Assembly (NCBI RefSeq): GCF_018977255.1
Contig: NW_024704742.1
Location: forward strand, 48,486,001 to 48,550,000
Direction: 5' to 3'
DNA from: Callorhinchus milii
Taxonomy: Eukaryota
Length of the DNA: 64,000 nt
Shown: positions 41,815 to 55,053 of the stretch, one piece after another
How positions within the stretch are numbered: position 1 is the first letter of the stretch
How the letters are laid out: each line of letters begins with the position of its first letter
Position numbers and translations under genes: made by a program
Notes under the pieces: model-generated
Database searches by the model: none
What the model was told of the DNA's origin: nothing
The model's input: only the letters and a program-made list of their open reading frames with translations

Positions 41815-41875
41815 CCTCACAATTCACCACAATGATGGCCAGCATGTAATCGTTCCCCAGCATCATCGTACGCAT
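41815..41875 (-). CDS. APBB2: Alternative first coding exon of APBB2 encoding an APBB3/Fe65L2-like N-terminus (MRTM)MLGNDYMLAIIVVNCE
   Basis: In-frame ATGs at 41875, 41866 and 41863. Donor GAGG|gtaggt at 41815 is phase 1, compatible with the WW exon. 13/16 identity to the recalled APBB3 N-terminus [16 protein letters not shown]. Confidence 0.85.
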
Positions 41876-42345
41876 GCATACACAGTCACACACAAAAAAA
41901 GAATTCTCCCAGGCAGTTTTAGCTAAAAATAAACTGGCTGTGAAATGCGACCTGATCAGACTGAAATATTCAGAGCCCAGACTTGCTCGGCAAAGTCTGG
42001 GGAGTCCTGTTCATCCCTAATAAGATTAATAAACAGGACAGATCATTTGGTGCATTCTGTCTTCTCCTTCCTCTCAGCACGTCGTGTTGTTATGACAACC
42101 GCTAGGATGGGTTTCTCAGCAAAGCAGTCACGTGGCTGAAGAGATACAGAAGTGGGAGGCAATTTCTTTTTATCGATTTATAAGGTGTACAATTAAAACG
42201 GGCTCAAAAGGTACAAGCTTAAGATGCACACCACTCAAATATGCGAGGGTAAAACGTCTCATCTGGCATAGGGGAGGAGCGAGACAGAAGGTTAAATCCC
42301 TTCTGCGACATTGTCTGCACTGCAGCACAGAGAGTCAATCCCTTA
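41876..42345 (-). promoter_or_regulatory. Candidate internal promoter/5'UTR for the short APBB2 isoform
   Basis: Non-repetitive sequence with retained CpGs, directly upstream of the alternative first exon. Contains X-box-like GTTGTTATGACAAC (42086-42099) and E-box GTCACGTG (42127-42134). Confidence 0.55.
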
Positions 42346-42361
42346 CTGAAGTCATTGTTAT

Positions 42362-42545
42362 ATAATAATAATCCTTGCATTTGATATAATGCCTTATCAC
42401 GTCTTTGAGACGTCTCAAAGCGCTTCACAGAATATACTGAAAACTGAATTGACCGTATATTTTGTGGGTGAAAAGCAGCAGCCAATTGCGCACAGCAGTG
42501 TCCCACAAACAGTCGTTGATTGAGTGACCAAATTATTATTTTTAT
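42362..42545 (-). mobile_element. 5'-truncated copy of the tRNA-SINE (other 3' fragments near 10545-10690, 33925-34065, 35510-35625, 39230-39353, 45915-46035)
   Basis: Core and tail only. Confidence 0.8.
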
Positions 42546-45500
42546 TTTAAGTGTCAGCTTGACTCAGTTGGTAGCACTCTCACCCCCTGGTTCAGAAAGT
42601 TCTCAGTTCGAGACCCATGTCAGGGACTCTGAGCTCACAGTCTAGGCTGATACACTAGGGGAGAGCTGGTTGTCCTTTAGATTAAACATTAAACCATGGT
42701 CCCATTTGCCTGTTCAGGTGGACGTTAAAGAAACCAAGGACATTATTTGAAAAGGGAAGTCTCCTAGCCATCAATCTCTCATTCTTCCTACACGTTAAAC
42801 TATGTGAAGGGCAGTATGTAAATGTAAGTTGTTGTTATACACGCATGGGCTAAACTATTCATCTCTGTCCTGCTGAATTTAAAATCCAGCATCTGTAAAC
42901 ATGAGCTGTACTGTGGGCGGGAATTTGGCCCCGTGTTACTCAGAGAAGTAATGTTTACCAAGAGCATGATGAGGGCTTGTTCCCTTACCCCAGCACTGAA
43001 CTACCATCCTTCCTGAGAAAGCCTCAGCAGGTGTCACATTTTATCAGCAAGCATTCAGTAAAAGCTGTGTCAGATATTTAATTACCAGTAATGTTACTTT
43101 TGTCAGCTTGACTCAGTTGGTAGCATTCTCACCCCTGGTTCAGAAAGTTCTGGGTTTGAGACCCATGTCCTCCCGAAGTGAAAGGCGCTATACAAATGTA
43201 ATTTTATATTGCACTTTCATTTGATGTAGCACCCTATCTCCTAAAAGTATCTCAAAAGTGCTTCCCACAAGTACTTACTCTGAAGTGTAGTAATTGTTAT
43301 TATGGGTATAAATGCAAACACAGGAGCTAATGTCCATTAAGCAGTAATGAGGTGGATGGTCAATTAATCCATTCTTTTGGGGAATCAAATGAGAGAAATA
43401 TTGGCCAAGACGCTGGCAATCCTGGTTAGCATCCCGATTCCGAAATGGCTCACGGTCAAAATTGCAGCATCAGACTGAATTGCTTGATCCAGATACTGAA
43501 AGAAATGCATTTAAACTCGGGAACTGATGCAGTTGTTGTAAATCTTACCAGAAGTCTTAAATTTGTGTAAAATAATGGAGGGCTGGGTGAATTATGGATA
43601 CATATGCAATCCTGAGATGGTTTTTGGCTCTTAATCAATCGTGCTCATAAAAAGACCATTACTGGTTACAATTCATTCCCGGTTATTGAGTGTGGATGAT
43701 CCAGGGACCTATTTTTCTGACCTGTTTGGGTGTTGCCTGCCCAAAATTGCAGAGAATTGTTGAACCTTCTTAAATTCAGACTTAATTTGGAAGAAGATTC
43801 TTAGAAAAGGAAATGAATTCCCCCCAATTCTGCATGCCACCTTAAATTGTATGACAAAATGGTTTTACAGGCTAAGACTTGGAATTTCAGGCCTGTGATG
43901 TTGAAAACTATCGTTGACAGTAGAATCCTATTATAACTCGCTTGTTCACTTATAGGGTTATTGGGATGTGGACGCCAATATTTTCTTCGCAAAAAATCAA
44001 AAATGTGTGCAGAAACCTTGCCTCAGATCACATTGTCTTGTTTCAAAGTTATTTTGCAGCCTCCCATGTGCTACAAAATGTCAATTTCTGGATCATAAGG
44101 TTGCCGCCAACATCTCTTCCAGTGGGCTGCGCTGTGTAGCAAGCAGGAAGTGACACCATCAGTGACCCAATTACCTTGAAATTCACCATTTTTAGCGCAG
44201 GAAGTCGGTCCATGCATGGGGGTTGGTCAGCCTTCTGCACACGTGCACAGAGAAGGGAAAAGGCTGATGAGCGATCGTGTCTCGTTTTAAGGTTAGATAT
44301 TATAATAATCCTTTCAATTAATATAGCACTTTTCATGTTGCGAGGCATCTCCAAGCACTTCACAGGATACACTGTAAAGTGTAGTGACTGAATTTGTAGG
44401 TGAATGCAGCAGCTAATTTGCACAAAACAATGTCCCACAAATCCCATGGTTGGGATTGTATAGACATCTCCCCATCCCCCACCCCCGCTCCACTGTAATT
44501 ACGCATTTGTGGCTTGTCTTCTCAAAATCATCTACTCCCACAATATCATCAGAACAATCCGGACACTGATCTCCAGGAGACAGACAACACAGCTCGTGGT
44601 ACTCACTGCTAAGAAGCCTTCCCTCCTTCCCTCTAGGTATATGTGCTTACCCACAGTTTGCAGTTAAGCACCAGTTCAGAGACCTCAAATTGCATTGACG
44701 ATAGAAATTACATTTTTGACGACGCAACATTGAGCTTCAATAAGTGTTTACATCCCACTGGACCTGGGTTGAATCTGTCTGGGTATTTTCAGGACATCGC
44801 CATGCAGCTGACTGAGCAGCACATTTCACAAGCAGTTTGTGGGAAGGCAATTTGAAGAATTTGTTGGCAAGGAAACTTGAAAGGCACAGAAATAGCAATA
44901 TTAATGCTCCTCTCATTGCCTATGTAAAGGAACAAAATAAAAAATGCAACCAATTTAAAAAGTACAAAATTAGAAATGGTTTGGGGATGGACACGCAGTA
45001 AATTTAATATCAGTCAGTTGGGTTGCATTGGTTATGTTACCAGATGTTCAATTTCCCAGCAAGGATCCCGTTGTTTATAGGAAGGGAAACAGTGCTTCAA
45101 AAGGCACATGTCTGAATGCACAAACAATAGTCTTCCTAATGCATCCTCCCCTCATCAAAATAGTTCCCACTCCAAATAGCATTGATGTGCAACATTTGAT
45201 AGATTTATATAACCATAGAATGTTACAATATAAAAATGACCAGTTTGTGCTCGTATTTTTCCTCCACAAGCTTCCTAATCTACACAGTTACTCACTTATC
45301 TGTGAAGTACTTTGAGATAGTTCAGATGCTATATTATTATAATTATTATTTTTACAATCTAATCCCCCTCTCCTGCTCTTTTCACTTCTTTTAATATTTC
45401 TGCTCTTCAAGCATCGATCTACTTACCTTTAAAAATAATTTAAGAACTCATCTTCAACAAAGATTTGTGGTGGAGAACTTCACATTCCACTACCCTCTGC

Positions 45501-46767
45501 ATTAAGAAATGTTTTCTCACCTCACCCTTAATTACATTTGTGATCATCTTCAATTGTGCCCTTTTGTAACTGAGTCTCTGACTAGTAGAAATAATCTATT
45601 AATATTTATCCTGTCATATTCCATTGTAATGTGTGTCAGGCTGGCTTAGTTTGTAGCGTTCTCACCTCAGCTCAGTAATTCTATGGGACAGGCTCCCTCG
45701 GGAGACTGTGGAAGCAGAAAGTGTTGATTCTTTCAAATACAAATTAGATAGATTTCTTTTAGGAAATAATATTTTGCATAGAGTATGTATGAGTAGTTCA
45801 AGACATGATACATGTATGTGACTGCCAGGATGATGGAAGGCAAACTGAATAGACCTTGGTCTTTTTTCCTCTAGCATTCCTCTGTTCCTATTTTCAGTGA
45901 ATTCAGAAGTTGGGTATGCACTGCATTTTGCCCACAAATATATAGACAATTCACTTTACAGTCTATTCTGTGAAGCGCTTTGAGACGTCTAGAAGACGTG
46001 AAAAGCGCTATATCAAATGTAAGAATTATTATTATTGTTGGAGATGCCATCCTTCGGTTGAGATGTTGACCGAAGTTCTGCCTTCCTGTTCAAGTGAATG
46101 GTAAAGATCCTAAGGCCCTACTCAAAAAGAAAGGGGAGTTTCTCTTGGTTGTCCTGGCCAACAATCCCTCAGATGATATTGGTCATTCCCTTCATCGCTG
46201 TTTGCAGAAATGTCCCCAAACTCAAACGCATCATAAAAGTGCTCAAATACTTGGACATTATCCCAGTCAATCTAATTACTGAGCTGCTGTAGTTACGTAG
46301 ATGAAATACAAAAGATTTGATTAGAAAGTCACCAATTTTAATCCTAAAATTGTATCAGGCTAATACTATAAAATGCACTTCCATTAAAAACAAAGAATAG
46401 CCAACAGCAATGTTAACTTAATCCCATCTGAGATATACAAAACATTACAAAACTACCACATGCCTTTAGCCTATACGAAATAGAGCAAATTAGAGGAATG
46501 CATACTTTAATTGTCCATTAATGAGATGATTTCATACTTTGATAGGTCAAATCCTGGCTTGTTTGGGGGCACGATAGGTCTTAGATCTCGAACAAAAAGA
46601 TTGTGAACCCATTAAAGCCACTTAAAATGTAACTCGAGCCTAGGGTCTGTTACAACGATAAATAAAGCTGTTTTCAAACAATTTTTTTTCAATTTTAAAC
46701 AGGTTGACAGCTATCCATTTCGAACAATTTCATCCTCACAATGATATCTAAGTTATTTTTAAGTTAG

Positions 46768-47180
46768 GTGTGAGACTGGCTCAGTTGATATTACTCTTGT
46801 CTCTGAATCAGAAGATTGTGGCTTCAAGTCCTAGACTTGGAGCACTAAATCTAAGATGATACTCCATTGCAATTTTGGGGGAATGTTCCGTCCTTTGAAA
46901 TAGATGTTAACTGAGGTCCCGTCTGCCTACACAGATGGATATTAAACATCCCTTGACACTATGTAAAAGAGTTTCTCTTGATGTCCTGGGAGAAACAATC
47001 TTCCAGATAAAAATAAGCATTTGCATATGGCTGTTTATGGGACATTGCTATGCGCAAATTGATTATGTTTGCCTAAAAATATATGGTCACTACATTTCAT
47101 AGTAAAGCCTGTGCAGCTCTTTGAGATGTTTTTAATCACACGATAAGGTGCTATATCAAATATAAGGATTATTATTACTA
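46768..47180 (+). mobile_element. Older SacSINE1/DeuSINE-like tRNA SINE
   Basis: ggctcagttg...ctctgaatcagaagattgtggcttcaagtc head, then gatgttaa...aggtcccgtctgcc...gatggatattaaacatccc, Deu core ggctgtttatgggacattgct, L2-like tail. Confidence 0.75.
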
Positions 47181-48823
47181 TTTCCTCACATAAATTTCCG
47201 TGAGAAGGGAAAACGCATAAATGCGAATAAACCAGTACTTTGAATTGTTTTTGACTTTGTTGCTCACCCATCAACAGACTTTCCACTCAAGAAAGAGAAC
47301 TGATTTTAAATACAACTGCAATGTTTGGAAAATAAGTTTTAGCCTCAGAAGAATGCAAGTTCCATTCAAATTCCCAAGCATTAACTTCTAAATCTATTTG
47401 GACAGTTAATGATCTCGTGATACACAGTAAACATGCATGGATCCGGACAAAGTCAGTATTTATACTGAATTTCAATTCAAACTTCAATGGTTCAGCAGGA
47501 CTAAACTCATCTCAAAAGCTAGCACTGTCTTGTGCTCAACTTATCAGCGAGATCCATCACTACATCATTTGTGACTAGTGTAGGGTCTGCACACTGAAAA
47601 ATTAAGCACCAGCCCAAACAAAATCCAATTGATGTCAATACCAAAAATACTTTTCAATTAAAATGATCACAGGAAATGTATGCTTAGAGATATTTTGGGA
47701 TACAGTATATAGTTTGGGACATGATAACATGTGCAGAAGTGTTCGCCTTCCACCATCCTGGCAGACTGCCAGGATGGTGGAAGGCGAACCGGATAGACCT
47801 TGGTCTTCTGTCGTCCAGCAATTCTTATGTTCTTAAGGTCCTCGTTCTCACTTATCAATCCTGCCACACCATAGCACCTCCCTATCTTTGTGAGCTCAGT
47901 TCAGAGGATTGTTGCCCATTATATTCAGTGTTTCTATTTGATCATTCAGCATTAGCAAATTTACTATCAAAAATGCTAAAATAACAGAGCCTTTTTAATG
48001 AAGCAGTGTGTATTAGAACTTAGTCTTCAAAACATAAAAGTTGCGTGACTGACACTTACTACCCAGAATGGCATAATTTATCAATCCATATCTAGGCAAT
48101 TTAGAAAGACCCTTCCTGTGTTAGATGGCATTCAAATGTGGTGATTTTTAATGGGCTTTAATAAGCACTCAAGAGCAGCATTGTAGCCGTCCTCTGGTTA
48201 TCACTCTGACCAGTGGAACCTGGACCCTGACACCATCTGCTTCTGGGGTTTGACGCAGATTAGGTCACGGAGGGTATCCCCACTTGTGACAGGAATCCTA
48301 TTAGAAATCACCATGATTTAGACACCAATGACTTCAAATATCAAATCTATAGCAGGCATTCTATCAGAGCCTGCAACTTAAACAACATGGTTGCTATCAC
48401 CATGAAGGTTTGTCCCAGGACTTAAAATAAAAGACCTTTTTAATCAACCTCATATTGACGATCTTTCACAATCTGCCACTGTAGATTATACTGCAGACAA
48501 CATGTACAGACAAACTACCAGAAGTCCTCCTTTAGATAACTAGTCTCATCGTTCTCTCCCCGAGGCAGTTAAATTATCCAACTGTCACAGATATTTTTAA
48601 AATTGAAACTAATACACATCTTTTCCCAAGAAAAAACAGAGTCTTTGCTAGTTTCCCATTTGCTGCCCTTTTATTGTCTTCTGACTCATTAAACAACTTT
48701 ACACTCTCATTAGTTTCTGTTGTATTATAGCTGTCTTTTCCTCAACAACAAGCTTAATGTCGCCACCAGAGATTTGATCGTTTACAAGATTTTCCATTAT
48801 AATATTTAATCTCGATAGAATGT

Positions 48824-49180
48824 TTGGAGTCCTGTAGCTTAGCAAGCGAGAGAAGTCATTCAATTTCCGGGCAGGGTGAAATGTTGAGCACGTTTCCTTC
48901 CTTCACACGCCTCTGTTCACCTAGCACTAAGTAGGAACCCGGTTGTTAGTCGATTAGCGGATCACATTTATGGGGTAATCATTCAAATTTTTAAAAAAAT
49001 AATAATTCGGTCACTCAATCCGCGACCGTTTGTGGGACACTGCTGTGTGCAATTGGCTGCCACGTTTCGCCCACAAAATATACAGTCAATTCACTTTACA
49101 GTATATTCTGTGAAGTGCTTTGAGATGTCGCGAAGACGCGATAAGGTGCTATATTAAATGAAACGATTATTATTATTATT
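48824..49180 (+). mobile_element. Same tRNA-SINE family, long variant
   Basis: Same structure as 41227-41589, head partly deleted. Confidence 0.88.
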
Positions 49181-51324
49181 GTGTAATCTATTTGAAAAGT
49201 AAAGGAAGTTTCTCCCAATTTCCCGGTTAACAATCCCCCAAATAAAATGAGTCATTCACTTCATCACAATATGTGGGACATTGCTGTGCACAAATGGGAT
49301 ACCATGTTTGTCTACAAAAATACAGTCATTGCATTTTACAGTAAATCCTGCAAAGCGTTTTGAGACTTTTCTTGGCGTGAAAGGCTCTATTACACTATTA
49401 ATCCTTATTATATTATTACATTATTATAAAACAGGGTGTTGAAAGTCAACATTTTGTTTTGCAATATTAGCTGACTGTACTGAAGGAGTCAGTGGGAAAG
49501 AATGCACCTCATGGATCTAGAGTCAATCAACAGTTATGGACAAGTCTGCAATCGAGAGGAGGGAGGGAAAGGGGAAAAAACATAGTAGAAGGCAGGGCTC
49601 ATTGAAAAAGTCAGTGCTCTACTTACTGTTATCAGCTGCTTCTCTGCACTTCAGCTTTTGCTGATCTACTACCAGCATTCTCCAAACTAAAGGCACTCAT
49701 TTTCCAGCAGCTTCATACTCTCACCCTCCACCACCAACATCACCAGCACCATCAACACCACTAGCACCATCAACAAATCCCCTGTCGCCAGCAGAATGCA
49801 ACAAGCAATCGCTTAACTAACATTACACAGAAACGTCCTGCACACCATTGCTCGCTGCCAGCGTTTGCAGCAGCCCAGGCTCCTGCAAGAAGGGCATGCT
49901 CACAATATTAATGCAGGTCCACTCTAATAAGCCAGACACAAGACAGCCATAAAGAAATTACAGCAGCACAAGCATACATTGCAGTCATCGACTCAGCCTG
50001 GCAGGACAATGATGTAGTTACAATCTGACTCCCGTTTTGGAGTTGACGTTTGGAAAATTGTACATTTTGACTGGTAGCATTCAATTATCAGTCCTTTGCC
50101 ATAGATTTCCATGTAAATGAGTGCTTTCCAGCAGCAAAGAATACTTGCAGCTTGCTCTTAAAGACACTTAAATCAAATGGAATAATGAAGGAATCAGCTA
50201 AATTACTTAGAGAATGCTAACCACTAATCTTACAGGGTAAAATGCTGTTTGGGTTTCTAACCTTCAGCTCCCTGTAGGTGCACTGCCGCTCTGGCATAAA
50301 TTGATTTAGTGGGAGACTTCTATTAGCTAGAGTGCTTCTCTCACCACCAAGACCCTCCCTGCCATCCAGTCGATAATTCAAACTGAACCCAAGAGTAATG
50401 TCAATCACCCCAAACTAACCAATCAGCCCTGTGGTGGAATGTGTCTCCAGTGATTGACTGCAAGTCTTTAACACAGAAGAACTATTATTATTATTATTAA
50501 TTACTTTGCACAAGGACTGGCGGCTAGTATCGGAGGTCAGTGGCCGAATGCTTCTCATCCTAGTTGGTGCAGGCCTGAGAGGTGTTTAACATTACTCACT
50601 GTAAAAAAAGCACACACGGCCAATAATTAAGAGTGAAGTGCTACAATCTTTGTTCTGTTTAAGGAGCAGTAAGTTGGATCTCTGAGATGAATACTTCGGC
50701 ATAACCAGAAAACAACACATTAACACTGGTTATATAGCCTACCACTCAGTAGAGGAGAAAAGTACAATAAATATAGCCACCCACAGAGGTTATAGTGTAT
50801 CTTGTCATCATGTTAAGCAATGATTGTCCACCACAGCTCTTTGCAAGAGCTATCAAATGAGTTCCCCACCCCCCTCTTTCCCCATACCAATGCAATTTTT
50901 TCCTTTTCAAGTACCTATCTAATTCCGTTTTGAAAATTGTTATTGAATCGGTTTCCACCACCATTTCAGGCAGTGCATTCCAGACGGTGTATTAGCTATA
51001 TAATGCCTACAACTACAGTCACTCAACTTTACAGTAGATCCTGTGAAGTGATATATGTCCTTTTGACATATCAAATTGCAAGAATTATGATTATTGATTA
51101 TTATAATGCAATTAATATTAACACTATTATGGAGTAACCTTGTGATATTTCATAACAAATTAAATTTGATATTATCATATATAAATCATTATGCAAATCT
51201 ATTATGAAATATCATAAACTTCACATCTAGATTACATTCTGATCATTACCCCTGAACTTTATACTCTCCTGTGGTAAACTGAAGTGGAACTTAGACAAAG
51301 CATCTACATGAAGAATAGTTGATA

Positions 51325-51895
51325 CACTGGCACCATTCCCACCCCTTTAAAAACGGCCATCATCACTCCTATCCTTAAAAAACCCTCCGTGGACCCATCC
51401 CAGCTCTCAAATTACCACCCAATCTCCAACCTCCCTTTCCTTTTCAAGGTCCTGGAACAAATCATTGTTCCCAGCTTCGCTCCTTCCTCTCCCACCACTT
51501 CCTCTATGAACCCCTTCAATCGGGTTTCTGTGCCACCTCAACCTTCACAGTTCTGTCTTTGAATGGTTCAGATCCTACCTCTCACACCGTCTCCACTTCA
51601 TCTCCACAAACAGCTTCTCCTCTAGCCCCCGCACCATCTCGTGTGGCGTTCCTCAGGGCTCTTTCCTTGGTCCCCTCCTCTTCAATATCTATATGCTCCC
51701 TCTTGGTAACAGCATCCGAAGACATGGGGGTCAACTTCCACATGTATTCGGATGACGCCCAACTCTATCTCTCTTCCTCCACACTTGACTCCAGGACCAC
51801 TGCTGTCCTGATGTCAGACATCAAGTCCTGGATGAGAGCCAACTTTCTACATTTGGATGTCTACAAGACTGAGGCTCTCCTGATTGGCTCCCATT
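51325..51895 (+). mobile_element. L2 LINE reverse-transcriptase fragment (decayed)
   Basis: Frameshifted peptides KTAIITPILKKPSVDPSQLSNYHPISNLPFLFKVLE, GVPQGSFLGPLLFNIY and FHMYSDDAQLY (YADD-box variant). Confidence 0.9.
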
Positions 51896-52917
51896 AAATA
51901 TTCTATGGCACTATTTGAAAAGAGAAGGGAATATTTTCTGGTGTCCTGGCTAATAAACCCCCAGATAAAGTTGATTGTTCATTTCTTAGCTGTTTGTGGG
52001 ACATTGCTGGACCCAAATTGGCTGTTGTGTTCTACAAAATACACAGCTACAATGTTTCATAGTAAATCATGTAAAGCAGATGTCCTTCAGACATCTCAAA
52101 TGCCAGGATTCTTAAAATATATTTTATTTTGCTTTGGAACTGGCTAGATGGCCCGCAGTGGTCTTTCCTGGTCCTATGCATTCTCATGTATATTCATCTC
52201 CAAACAGCTAAATTAACTTACTGACATTAAACTCATCACCATTCATCACCATTTGAGGGACATTATCTACTGGCCCAGATATCAAGCATATAAGCCTTCT
52301 GTTGAAACTATACTCTGTCATTTACAGAGGCTTCCATTCCCCTATAGCACATATTTTATTTAGTTTTTTTAAAAATATTAAATACAGCTGAAGAATTTTG
52401 AGTTCACTGATTCCTCCTGAGCCCACCCCTGGCTCGTGGAGAGGAGTGCGATAGTGAAACTACCATGTCAACGCTTGACATGCAGGTGAGGAAACTGGGT
52501 AGGCAGGAGTGAGTGGCCAGCCTATTTGGCACACTCATGTTAGACACAAGCATCCTGTCAGCACAGGAGGCATCAGCCTGCAATCTGAGCAGCTTGATGG
52601 ACAGAGCTACCAACACAGATCAGGCTAATGTACTAGTACTTTACATAGAAATACACTGTAAGATGTAACCCACAATGCAAGTTTTTAGAAGTGACCGGTG
52701 CTGATACATTTTTAGCTTCCAACATTATCTACTGGCCCAGATATCAAGCATATAACTGTTGAGGGTAGTGGGATCTCTCGTGAGCTGATATGATACACTT
52801 CAGCTTCTCGCCCCAGTGAGTGTTATTCCCGAATGCTGACATCTCTAAGACCAGCTAAGTTGGCACACAGTGCAAAACAGAGACGATAAGACACAGAAAA
52901 GTGGGTAATGTCAGTAC

Positions 52918-53692
52918 CTGTTTCATCAGGTGAAGCAGTCAATGACACACTGTCTTGTGACAGAGTTGTCCAGCTCGAATCTTCATCACTGGGAATCAGG
53001 TTCTGCATTTTGCTCAACGCAAAGTCTGCCCTTCCTCCTGGCCTGGGCGGGTCTTTCTTGCCTTCAGGACTGGAGGAAATGGTGGCCATTTGGCAATCTT
53101 CAGGAGTGGCAGAAGCACTTTCTTCACTGGCCAGAACTTCATCGCTGGATGCAGATTCAGTGTGTGACTGTGTAGCCCTCTCCTCACTGGTGGTGGGGCT
53201 ATTGCTCTGATTCTGCACTAACTCCTGAGTGGCTGACTCCAGGTCTACATAGTAATTCAGAAAGCTCTTACTCTTCCTTGGCTGTGATGCCACGGCCTCA
53301 GTGCTGGGGACATCTTGCGGATTTGCCTCCTTGCCCTCCAACTTTTCCGAGATGATATTTTTAACAACGTTCCCACTGATGTTCCTGTTCATGTCCTGCT
53401 GGCCCTGCTCTGCTGCCTTGCGCAGCTGGTTTTCCCCATTCTTGGCCAGTTTGGAGTTTGCGGAGTTGTTTACTGGGACCGGTGGGGGAGGCATGTCGCC
53501 CAGGCCCATGGCGGCCTCGATGTTAGTCAGGGCGTATTTCTTCCTGCATTTTGGAGGGGTGCTATTCTTGATTTCAGCATTCACCAATTCATTGTGTGAG
53601 GAGCGAAGGTTGAGAGTGTTGGGCGGGGTGGATGAGCCGTTGCGATTTGCCACATCTGTCTGACCGTTGCTGGTTGCGAGGAACACGGACAT
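52918..53692 (-). CDS. APBB2: APBB2 large N-terminal coding exon (exon 53712-52918; first in-frame ATG at 53692)
   Basis: Translation MSVFLATSNGQTDVANRNGSSTPPNTLNLRSSHNEL...NSTPPKCRKKYALTNIEAAMGL...KNGENQLRKAAEQGQQD...KSFLNYY...SDEDSSWTTLSQDS...SPDET matches the Fe65L1 N-terminus. Acceptor ttcgcag|TT at 53712, donor ACAG|gtactg at 52918; 795 nt, phase 1/1. Confidence 0.95.
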
Positions 53693-55053
53693 ACTGTCCA
53701 ATGTGGAGTCAACTGCGAAGAGCAGAATAAGCCAAAACTAAGTCAAATACAAGAGTATTAACAATGACAACACGGTTACTTCAAAACTCTGATAAAACAT
53801 GCACTTTTTAAAAATGTATCCAATGGTGTATTTACAACGAATAAAGACTATGCTATCAGCACATGTGTTCAGATTCATTAATGCCTAACTTGGTGTTGGG
53901 TGATTTATGTGGTGGTGGCAGGAATGATGGATTTTAGAGCAAGCTGGCAATGCTTACACTATGGAAATTCAAATAGCTCCAGTGGGAGCTAGACCCAGCA
54001 CAGATCTGATGAAGCGAAAGGTTAACCTATGAATCTACAAAAGCCCTAATCTGGGACCAATAAAAATTGGGGCAACTTTTATTCCTGGAACAAGAAGCCC
54101 TTTCACTTCCCTATTAATGAACACTCAAGATTTAAACAAATAAAACAAGAGAGCTATGATAGGATTGCTCAGTTTTAAACCAGATTCAGCAGCCAAACCT
54201 TCTCATATTCTCCTTTCCATGATCATGCTGAATTTCTGAAAATTCTTAAATTCAGTTTCAATTTGTAAACTGGTTTTACATAGTTCTTTTGGGTATGTTG
54301 TCGAGAATCAGTCACCAAGTTAAGAGTGTATTTAAGACCCTTTGTTAAAATTATGCATAATTTTAAATTTTAAGGCAATAGTCTTAAGGCTAAGAACAGG
54401 AGATGTTACATGCACAAGCCTACAAGGTGTTAAATCCTCCTTCAGGGAAACAGTCATCGCCACAGTGGTGGTACAATTCATCAACTCTACATAGGCCGTA
54501 ATAAACATGGAGTTCCCTACATAGTCTGTAATGCACACGACCGTGTTGGGAACAATTATGGTCTAGGATTGAAATGAAGTTATTGACCTTCTGACTCTTT
54601 TGAACATTTGTATAAAGAATTACTTTGGTTGTCTTGCAATCTGAGATGGAGTCCCAGCTCTAAGTAGGAGAATTACTGCGTAGATTTGCTACAAATGGAA
54701 GTTTGAATGCCCACAGGAAAGAAATGAGAATGCAGCCTTTAGGGTCTTGCTACAAAAACCTCAGTGAAATATCTGTGTGTGCCAGCAAACTAAAAACTCA
54801 CCAATGTGAACTGAAAAATAAAAATAAATGAAACCCTCAAGGTTGCCAAAGCATTTTGTTTGACTATAGATTTCGTAAAATTTAAACTGCTTTCAATAGT
54901 TTCTTCACCTCGGCAATCAATTCAAATTCTGTTTAAAATTAAAGACTTGTATCTTGTTTTCAATCTGTTTGTATTTTGCAATTTTAATTTTGAAGCTGTA
55001 TAACTTCATTAAAGACTCTTGGCTGTAGAATTTCTGAAATATCATCCATTCTA

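Noticed and set aside
52823..53701. 292-aa ORF as a complete single-exon protein
   Set aside because: The track start is TTG, and the C-terminal part reads through the donor at 52918 into intron.
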